Shown: piece by piece, positions 1 through 6,549 of the stretch
Numbering within the stretch: the first letter of the stretch is position 1
How the letters are laid out: each line of letters begins with the position of its first letter
Source of the DNA: a virus
Taxonomy: Duplodnaviria > Caudoviricetes
Length of the DNA stretch: 64,000 bases
Virus record (IMG/VR): IMGVR_UViG_3300020403_000006
Coordinates: 4,339 to 68,338 of that record
Direction: 5' to 3' (one strand)
Position numbers and translations under genes: made by a program
The notes under the pieces: model-generated
Told to the model about the DNA's origin: nothing
Seen by the model: the letters and a program-made list of their open reading frames with translations, nothing else
The model's database searches: none

Positions 1-379
1 GTTTGGCAGCGATATCCTCTATTTTTTTGAATATCATCTTGGATTGCCTAAAAGATTTGGAAAGTATTCCTATTTCAACACCTTGGTTAAATATAGCATC
101 AAGAAAAGCGTATATACCCGTGGTAAAGGATTTAGACATACCTCTAGACCAAATCCCAAGAGTGTAGTCCGTCTCAAACATAGCCTTGATAGCCATGTGC
201 TGAAATGGAAAAAGCTCAACTCCAGATATTAAATCCGCTGCAAATGTTATATTTTCTTTAAGAAATTTATATAACAAGACTTTGGCTTCATCCTCATCTA
301 TATACCCTTCGATCTCAGATAGTATTTTATTGAAATCTTCCTTGGGGGGTCTTTTTTGACTTCCCTCTTCCCAAGACAT
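1..379 (-). CDS. terL: Terminase large subunit, N-terminal part (runs off the left edge; missing from ORF track)
   Basis: Manual translation from ATG 379: MSWEEGSQKRPPKEDFNKILSEIEG...ELFPFQHMAIKAMFETDYTLGIWSRGMSKSFTTG...GILSKSFRQSKMIF. Has the PFQ adenine-binding motif, Walker A-like SRGMSKS and the downstream S..FRQS segment typical of TerL ATPases. TAATG coupling with the upstream gene. Confidence 0.85.
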   Translation of the reverse strand, partial: MSWEEGSQKRPPKEDFNKILSEIEGYIDEDEAKVLLYKFLKENITFAADLISGVELFPFQHMAIKAMFETDYTLGIWSRGMSKSFTTGIYAFLDAIFNQGVEIGILSKSFRQSKMIFKKIEDIAAK

Positions 380-792
380 TAGTCTCTAAAAACTTTTTGA
401 CAAGAGTAGCTCTCTGGTTTTGTTTTTTCAACAATTAAAGCTATAGCCTCGCTAGGTCTATAACCAGCACAAGAGTGAATATTTAAATACACATTTTTAG
501 TCTTTTCTACAAAGTGAGCTGTTATTAAAGAGTTTTGTGTTTCGTGAATTAGCCTAAGACCCTTCATTGCCTCTTCATGTTTGCCAAATTCATTAACAAC
601 CCCAACAATTTCTCCGCCTTCGTCTATTTTTTCGCCAAGCATTTGAGCTAGCTCCTGTATTTCCTTTTCTTCAAAAGGGAAATCACTACAGTTAAATAAG
701 TTAACCATTAAATCAAGAGACCATATAATTGCCTCTTGGCTTTTCTGTTGATTCTTTAATTCTTCAGTCGGTTCTATTAATTGCTCTTTCAT
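379..792 (-). CDS. S-adenosylmethionine decarboxylase-like (pyruvoyl-type) protein
   Basis: LDLMVNLFNC at the N-terminus and NSLITAHF...VYLNIHSCAGY resemble the SpeD/AdoMetDC proenzyme fold with the conserved SC cysteine. The self-cleavage site is atypical (ETQN-S). Confidence 0.7.
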   Translation of the reverse strand: MKEQLIEPTEELKNQQKSQEAIIWSLDLMVNLFNCSDFPFEEKEIQELAQMLGEKIDEGGEIVGVVNEFGKHEEAMKGLRLIHETQNSLITAHFVEKTKNVYLNIHSCAGYRPSEAIALIVEKTKPESYSCQKVFRD

Positions 793-1714
793 GTATTTTT
801 TTGTTTAAAAAGTATTGCACATCCACATTCCATAATTTTTTTCCATATAATAATATTTTCGGAATTAATTTTTTCAACCCTGCTCTGTTTTCCGCAAACA
901 CAAATTGACAGCAGTCTTTATACTCTTGTGATACTGTTTTTAAATTATGCCAAATATAAGGAAGTTTCGATTTATGCGGAGAGAAAACATTATTCTTTTT
1001 GATTTTATCTATACTGCTTTCAACAACAACAAAAACATAAGAATTAAATAACCTAGCTCTAGCTAACTCTTTTTTAAAACGCTCGAAGTTAGAGCCGCTT
1101 AAAGTTGACTTTAGGTCACCCTCGCTTTTTCTATCTATATATGTATAATCGTAATAAGGAGAAGCTGCTGTGTAATCCCCAAAATCAAGTTTCATTGATT
1201 CTGAATTTATGAAATTTATAGGTTTTTGCTCCCTCGTGTCAACAAAAATTTTCATTCCTTCTTTATCTTTAAAATCAAAAAAATCACAAGGAATTTTTTT
1301 ATTTAAAATATTATTTAATCCAAGCTCTTCGCACAACAAAGAGTAACTTCCAAATAGATTTCTATAAACATCTATTGCTGGAAAATCACAAAGCTCTAAT
1401 TCAATTTCGCTAAGAGCATGTTTTAGCGATTTGCTTTCAATTCTATTTTTTAATTTGGATTTTAAGTACTTTTTGACTTTTTCGGGTTCAGATTTTTCAC
1501 ACCAATCCAAAAATTCAGATTTATTTATAAAATCCCTAGACATGTAGTCTTGATAATTTTTAAAGGGAATTTGACGTTTTAATAGAAGGCTTTTTTTGGG
1601 ATAATATTTTTTGTAATATTCCGCTTGTGTTACATTATGAATCCTTGATAAATGAATATGAAGACCAGAGAAAGATTTAAAATCTTTACCGCAAATTTTA
1701 CATTTTAAAACCAC
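764..1714 (-). CDS. C2H2 zinc finger + ERCC4/XPF-type nuclease
   Basis: CKICGKDFKSFSGLHIHLSRIH finger at the N-terminus; VDTREQ...GDY...IDRKS...VVE nuclease motifs. GTG 1714, just after the upstream stop, is preferred to the ORF-track start at 1747. Confidence 0.8.
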   Translation of the reverse strand: MVLKCKICGKDFKSFSGLHIHLSRIHNVTQAEYYKKYYPKKSLLLKRQIPFKNYQDYMSRDFINKSEFLDWCEKSEPEKVKKYLKSKLKNRIESKSLKHALSEIELELCDFPAIDVYRNLFGSYSLLCEELGLNNILNKKIPCDFFDFKDKEGMKIFVDTREQKPINFINSESMKLDFGDYTAASPYYDYTYIDRKSEGDLKSTLSGSNFERFKKELARARLFNSYVFVVVESSIDKIKKNNVFSPHKSKLPYIWHNLKTVSQEYKDCCQFVFAENRAGLKKLIPKILLYGKKLWNVDVQYFLNKKIHERAINRTD

Positions 1715-1715
1715 C

Positions 1716-2054
1716 TTATCTTTTGCCTCCGAAATACTCAACAGCATGACCCTCCGAAACCATTAGTTTATTCAAACTTACACCGTCTGAAAAAAGCTCA
1801 CCTAAAACTCTTCCATATTTGCCCAAACCATGGCATTTTAAAACCAAATCAGAGTCGCACATTTCTTTTAATCTTTCCTTAGATTTTATACCCCTTTTCT
1901 TTTCAGATAGATTTCTAGTTCTTGATTCGGGCGCATTGATACCCTGAAGTCTAACTCTTTTTTTTGTGTACAAGTAGAAGCCTAAGTCAATAAGAACATC
2001 GACAGTGTCGCCGTCAACCACCTTAATAACCTCTTTTACCTTATATTCATACAT
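1716..2054 (-). CDS. Thermonuclease (SNase-like)
   Basis: VVDGDTVDV, VRLQGINAPE and GKYGRVLG motifs. Confidence 0.9.
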   Translation of the reverse strand: MYEYKVKEVIKVVDGDTVDVLIDLGFYLYTKKRVRLQGINAPESRTRNLSEKKRGIKSKERLKEMCDSDLVLKCHGLGKYGRVLGELFSDGVSLNKLMVSEGHAVEYFGGKR

Positions 2055-3112
2055 TATAACACATCTTCCTTTCTTAAGCCTAATATGCGAGCTTTCCAGC
2101 TGTCCATATTTTCAAGCTTTGTCGCTTCCTCGCTAACAAGCTTTTTTTGCATTTCTGCTATTTTGATCATTCTAGATCTCTCCTCTTCTTCTTGGAACGA
2201 TTGAACCAAAGTGAGTACAGAAGCAAATTTCTCTTTTTTATCTTTTAGCCTTACGGATCTATCTCCATTTAATTTCTTAATTAAAGACTCTTGTCTTTGT
2301 TCGCATTGATGGTATTCCGAACTTTTAGCTTTTAGTATTTCTGCTAATTTCACAGACATTTCGGTTTGATCTTCGCAATCCTCAAACATCCTATTTAATT
2401 TTTCCATATTGCTTTGTATGGTTTTTAAATTTATATAATCAATGCAAACATTAATGTATAAATTAACTTCATCAGAAGTTAAATCAGGTTTATCCCAAAT
2501 AGCTCTTACAAATTCAGCCTCAAACAATTCCCTATCATTGCATTTATATGTTTCCATTAACTGAGAAAACCTGGGGGAAGATAAATTATTCTTTAAACTT
2601 AAAACATTTTCTCTTTCCTCTCTTTTTAACTTGTTAATATCTTCATTTAATTCAGCTTGGGTGAATTCATTTATTTTCTTGATAACTTTTGTTTCTGTTT
2701 TGGGAGGGCAATATGTATAACTTTCTGTTTCCTCTTCTGGTGAAAGTTTAATAAAATTAGCCGAATTAGTTTTTAAATATTCAGCAACACATCTTTGTTC
2801 GGAGCTTAAATTTTTAACTTCTTTATCTTGAAATATTAATTGAGCTATCTGCAAACTATTTAATTGATCCTTTGAATACTCGGTTATAAGCTCTTTCTGC
2901 TCCTCAGTTAGGGTTATTTTTTTAGCTTTTTTGTGTGCTCTGGTTTTATAACCATAACCTTTTTGTAGCATATATTCTGCAACAGCTTTACCTTCCTTAT
3001 TTCTGCCGTCTAAGGATTCGTCTTTAAAAATAACTTTAGTTAATTTATCAACATCTGGTATTTGTATATAGTTTTTATCTATAAACTGTTTTTGTTCTTC
3101 TGTTAATTTCAT
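2054..3112 (-). CDS. Hypothetical protein with two tandem HTH-like repeats and a coiled-coil C-terminus (possible small terminase)
   Basis: Internal duplication LTEEQKQFI...IFKD...VAEYM / LTEEQKELI...IFQD...VAEYL, then a long helical region. Lies in the same operon as TerL. Function is inference. Confidence 0.4.
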   Translation of the reverse strand: MKLTEEQKQFIDKNYIQIPDVDKLTKVIFKDESLDGRNKEGKAVAEYMLQKGYGYKTRAHKKAKKITLTEEQKELITEYSKDQLNSLQIAQLIFQDKEVKNLSSEQRCVAEYLKTNSANFIKLSPEEETESYTYCPPKTETKVIKKINEFTQAELNEDINKLKREERENVLSLKNNLSSPRFSQLMETYKCNDRELFEAEFVRAIWDKPDLTSDEVNLYINVCIDYINLKTIQSNMEKLNRMFEDCEDQTEMSVKLAEILKAKSSEYHQCEQRQESLIKKLNGDRSVRLKDKKEKFASVLTLVQSFQEEEERSRMIKIAEMQKKLVSEEATKLENMDSWKARILGLRKEDVL

Positions 3113-3819
3113 GTAAAAAATATATCTTTTTTTTCTAAAATTTTAATCACTAATTTTTTAAATTTTAGTTTTAAATTTTTAATTTGTTTATACCCCGCCT
3201 TCCTGCCTTTTTCTGATGTTTTATAACCGAGCCTCTTGGCTATTTCTTCTTCGCTTATTTCTTCTATAAAAAGCATAGTATATATATTATAGTTTCTTTC
3301 AGACACTTGCTTCTTTATTTCTTTATGTATTTTTTCTATATAAAAATCAAGTTCACAATACCCATCTTCTTTTGATTCTACCTCTGCTCTCGGAAGAACT
3401 TCTATAGGGACAGGTATCTTTACACCGTATGCATGTTTTTTTGATTTGCTCCATTTTTTATACAAAGGGCATGTTGTATCTTGAGTTTTTGATTTTGTAA
3501 AAGTGCAGGAGTTTTCTTCTTCGCTCATGCTGTTATTGAAAGGGCAACCCATACAAGGTTTAACAAAATTATGATAATGATTCCTAAGTATATTTTTGAA
3601 TTGATTTGTAATAATTTTATTAACCCAGGGAACCAAAGGTCTATCGGGATCCCATTGATCCCATTTTTTAGCAATGTGAGCTCTTATTATTTGTGAAACA
3701 TCGTCAAAGTCAACCCAGGCTAAAGATGTCAATCTCCATCTGGGTCTTCTTTTACGAATTTCATTATCAATCAGCTCGCTTTTTTCGTCGTACGTTGGTT
3801 TTTCTTTTTCGGGTTCCAC
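3109..3819 (-). CDS. Phage sigma-70/ECF-like factor with a Cys4 insertion
   Basis: Region-2-like DDVSQIIRAHIAKKWDQWD..RPLVPWVNKIITNQFKNILRN; region-4-like IYTMLFIEEISEEEIAKRLG; intervening CMGC-x12-C-x11-C. Confidence 0.65.
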   Translation of the reverse strand: MEPEKEKPTYDEKSELIDNEIRKRRPRWRLTSLAWVDFDDVSQIIRAHIAKKWDQWDPDRPLVPWVNKIITNQFKNILRNHYHNFVKPCMGCPFNNSMSEEENSCTFTKSKTQDTTCPLYKKWSKSKKHAYGVKIPVPIEVLPRAEVESKEDGYCELDFYIEKIHKEIKKQVSERNYNIYTMLFIEEISEEEIAKRLGYKTSEKGRKAGYKQIKNLKLKFKKLVIKILEKKDIFFT

Positions 3820-4159
3820 TTGCTTTTTTTGTAGGTTTTTGAGCCTCTTTTAAATCCTCCTCGCTTATATTCAATATGTCAGAACCTTTAAATACATTGT
3901 TTGTTGAATAATCAATATCGTATTGTAGGCGACTGACTGAAGGAACCTCAAAAGAATCTGAGAAATCATCGGAACTTGAATCCCCATCAGGAATTGGCAT
4001 TTCGTCTTTAATGGGTGCGGGCTTAGCTTCTTTTATAATACCACCTTTGCTAATATTGGAGATTTTAGAAAGTGGCTTATTGCAAGATTTGCAAAAATCT
4101 GGTTTCTTTAAAGAGTACTCGTTTTTGCTACCGCAGTGAGGGCAATATATCTTAGCCAT
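3767..4159 (-). CDS. Zinc-ribbon protein with acidic middle and basic tail
   Basis: CPHCG-x10-FCKSC double CxxC. Confidence 0.7.
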   Translation of the reverse strand: MAKIYCPHCGSKNEYSLKKPDFCKSCNKPLSKISNISKGGIIKEAKPAPIKDEMPIPDGDSSSDDFSDSFEVPSVSRLQYDIDYSTNNVFKGSDILNISEEDLKEAQKPTKKASGTRKRKTNVRRKKRAD

Positions 4160-4490
4160 GATGATTTATTATGTTAATTTTATTTTCCATATATCTAGTT
4201 ATTAGTTTTTCATTTTCGATTGATAGTTTTTCTGATGATTTAATTTGGATCGCAGCATCTCCCAACGGTATAAAAGACTCAAAAAGGCTCGAACCTTCGC
4301 TTTTAAATTTGAAATCACCGTTGTTTTCTTGTATATTTATTTGTATCGACTTAATATTATGAGATTTGATTATATCTTTTATGTCTTCAGACATTTTGCT
4401 TTCTTTTTTTCTCTCAAGATACACCTTTAGAAAAACAGCGCAAGCAGTTGTCAAAGAAGACAAAATAGCAACAATAATTTCAGAACTCAT
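4152..4490 (-). CDS. Small membrane protein with one N-terminal TM helix (holin-like topology possible)
   Basis: EIIVAILSSLTTACAVFL hydrophobic stretch followed by KVYLERKK. Confidence 0.5.
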   Translation of the reverse strand: MSSEIIVAILSSLTTACAVFLKVYLERKKESKMSEDIKDIIKSHNIKSIQINIQENNGDFKFKSEGSSLFESFIPLGDAAIQIKSSEKLSIENEKLITRYMENKINIINHHG

Positions 4491-4518
4491 TTAAAAATAA
4501 TAAATTATTTTAAAAAAA

Positions 4519-4547
4519 ATTCTATATTCTACTAAAAAAAGTGTAAA
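4519..4547 (-). promoter_or_regulatory. Sigma70-like promoter
   Basis: Minus strand TTTACA (4547-4542), 17-nt spacer, TAGAAT (4524-4519), upstream of the ATG at 4490. Confidence 0.55.
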
Positions 4548-5282
4548 TTATTTTTTTTCTGAAATCCGAGCTTGATCTTCTAGTCTAGAAATAATGTACT
4601 TTAATACTTTGCTTCTTTTTATGTCTGAATTATTGAATCTAAAGCAATGAATACCATTTTGAGCACTTTTTTCGTCATCAAAAATATTCATCATATCACC
4701 GAATCCACTTTTTCCATTAATATCACTTTGCATTAAATCTCCACATATAAAAAGTCTACTACCTTCCCCGATTCTAGTAATAAGAGTAGTCAGTTCTTTA
4801 AATGTAGCATTTTGAGCTTCATCCATAATAATTATCTTATTATTCCAACTAACCCCCCTAAGGAAATTTATTGGCATTGCATCAATCCTGCCTGCTTCTA
4901 ATAAATCTTTCTGAGTTGTTGTGCTGTCGGGCAGCATTTCGCTCAGCTTTTCCAAAAGAGGTATCATATAAGGGTTAAACTTATCTTCAAGGTCTCCTGG
5001 AAGAGCCCCTAGCCCTTTGTCAGCACTTTCTATGATAGTTCTTATGTAAATTAAGTCTGTTTCTTTAAACTGGCTCAAAAGCCTAAGAGCGCTATATACC
5101 GATATGTATGTTTTTGAACTTCCAGCGGGACCAGAAACAAAAACTATTTTACAGTTTTCATCAGAAGCTAACGAAAAAAATCTTTTCTGCTTTTCTGTAA
5201 GCTTTAGACTTTTAACATGAAATTTGTCAAAACTGTTTTGCATAATTGTTTCTTCGCACGACCTAACTTTTCTTTTTTTCAT
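4548..5282 (-). CDS. phoH: PhoH-like ATPase
   Basis: GPAGSSKT P-loop, LGALPGDLEDKFNPY, PINFLRG, DEAQN, CGDLMQSD. Confidence 0.92.
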   Translation of the reverse strand: MKKRKVRSCEETIMQNSFDKFHVKSLKLTEKQKRFFSLASDENCKIVFVSGPAGSSKTYISVYSALRLLSQFKETDLIYIRTIIESADKGLGALPGDLEDKFNPYMIPLLEKLSEMLPDSTTTQKDLLEAGRIDAMPINFLRGVSWNNKIIIMDEAQNATFKELTTLITRIGEGSRLFICGDLMQSDINGKSGFGDMMNIFDDEKSAQNGIHCFRFNNSDIKRSKVLKYIISRLEDQARISEKK

Positions 5283-5820
5283 AATAATTAATTATTTGAT
5301 TCATTATTTTCGATCTATTGACTTTGGGGGCATAATACCAATTCAGGAAAAATGTCCCCCTCAATTGTTCTATTTTCTTTTCCATATCCGAAATTTCTTC
5401 TTCTAGCTTATCTATTAAAGAGTATGAAACTTCAATCTTCTTTTTTTCTATTTTTTTTGCCTCGTCAAGAAAAATGTTGAGATCTCCGTCTTTTTTTGCC
5501 TTGGATATCTTTTGGAAAGATTCAACCTTAGATGAGCCATTTTTGTCAGGATGGCTTTTTTTTGCAACCTCCCTGTAAATCATCTTTATACATTCCTCAG
5601 AAAATACAGAAGTATTTTTTTTCTCAGGAACATTTTCTTGTTCCAAAAAAGGGTCTTTTATATTTTTAGCCTTTAGTGCTTTCTGGAATTCTGGATAGAA
5701 TTCGCTCCAAGCTAAATCAGACAAATGCTCAACATCTTTAAGCTCTTCTTTTAAAGCTCTCCACTTATTTCTGTATTTATTAAATAATACCCTCACAGAG
5801 GGGTGTTCCTTAAAGTCCAT
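5263..5820 (-). CDS. J-domain-like (HPD) coiled-coil protein
   Basis: IYREVAKKSHPDK...FQKISKA matches DnaJ helix II-HPD-helix III. Confidence 0.7.
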   Translation of the reverse strand: MDFKEHPSVRVLFNKYRNKWRALKEELKDVEHLSDLAWSEFYPEFQKALKAKNIKDPFLEQENVPEKKNTSVFSEECIKMIYREVAKKSHPDKNGSSKVESFQKISKAKKDGDLNIFLDEAKKIEKKKIEVSYSLIDKLEEEISDMEKKIEQLRGTFFLNWYYAPKVNRSKIMNQIINYYEKKKS

Positions 5821-5873
5821 TAAGATATATGTAGCCTTGATCCGTGGTTGATATGTCGTTTGGTCAACATATT

Positions 5874-5930
5874 ATAATACACTAAACCAGAAACTAGTCC
5901 ACTAAAATTCAAACAATAAAAGTGTATGAT
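5874..5930. promoter_or_regulatory. Back-to-back GTG-TAnnnT promoter-like motifs
   Basis: GTGTATTAT on minus (5882-5874) and GTGTATGAT on plus (5922-5930) in a divergent intergenic gap. Confidence 0.55.
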
Positions 5931-5936
5931 ATATTT

Positions 5937-6023
5937 ATGGGAGAAAAAATTTCGTTCTTAATCGAATTACTTATAGTTTTATATATAGTTATAAGCCTAT
6001 GGTCTGTCTTTGGTGTGGACTAA
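5937..6023 (+). CDS. 28-aa single-TM peptide (below ORF-track cutoff)
   Basis: MGEKISFLIELLIVLYIVISLWSVFGVD*. ATG lies 6 nt after the TATGAT hexamer; stop is 3 nt before the next ATG. Confidence 0.55.
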   Translation: MGEKISFLIELLIVLYIVISLWSVFGVD

Positions 6024-6026
6024 AAG

Positions 6027-6230
6027 ATGAGAAAAAACGCAGAAGACATAAAATTAATATGCCAAGAGTATTGCGAAGAAGTTGAGATTGACGGTTATGA
6101 TGTAACCTGCCTGGTGAACCAAAAATACCTAAAAGATTTAAAAAAGAGGGTTCTTGTTCACGGGTGGTCAATACAAAGTTTAAAAAGAAAACATTTTTTA
6201 TATTATGTCAGGTTTTTTAATTTTCTTTAA
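6027..6230 (+). CDS. Small hypothetical protein
   Basis: 67-aa ORF directly after the TM peptide; overlaps the convergent gene by 33 nt. Confidence 0.5.
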   Translation: MRKNAEDIKLICQEYCEEVEIDGYDVTCLVNQKYLKDLKKRVLVHGWSIQSLKRKHFLYYVRFFNFL

Positions 6231-6509
6231 AAAATAAGGGGTTATGTAAATTATCCCACAACCTATTGTGCAACCTAAGATTATATATAAGATTATAGTA
6301 AAGGCAGAAGAGGCCACATTTGGAGTCGTAGAAACAACTTCCCCGTTTTGATCAAGAACAATGTGATAGCTTTTATCAGAAACAGGCAGTTCAGAGACTA
6401 CAACAGGCTTGTCCTTAAGCCGATGGTTTGAGGGTTTTGTTTGATTAACAAAGGAGCTGGCAGAGCAGGAGCAGAGAAAAAAGCAAAGTAATATTGTAAA
6501 TGTTTTCAT
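6198..6509 (-). CDS. Lipoprotein with C-terminal TM helix (u-spanin-like architecture)
   Basis: Signal MKTFTILLCFFLCS-C (lipobox LCSC, Ser at +2), about 54-aa polar linker, TM FTIILYIILGCTIGCGIIYITPYFL, basic tail KKIKK. Confidence 0.55.
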   Translation of the reverse strand: MKTFTILLCFFLCSCSASSFVNQTKPSNHRLKDKPVVVSELPVSDKSYHIVLDQNGEVVSTTPNVASSAFTIILYIILGCTIGCGIIYITPYFLKKIKKPDII

Positions 6510-6549
6510 ATGCCTATATTATAAGTGGCTTGCTTTATTTCAATACCAA

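Noticed and set aside
44-232. 62-aa plus-strand ORF
   Set aside because: Shadow of the minus-strand TerL frame, which has clear motifs.
4541-4546. GTGTAA on the plus strand as another late-promoter copy
   Set aside because: It points into antisense of phoH and is better explained as the TTTACA -35 of a minus-strand sigma70-like promoter.
5820-5870. 16-codon minus-strand ORF coupled (TAATG) to the J-domain gene
   Set aside because: Its ATG is only 3 nt after the predicted -10 hexamer, so it would lie upstream of +1; no other support.
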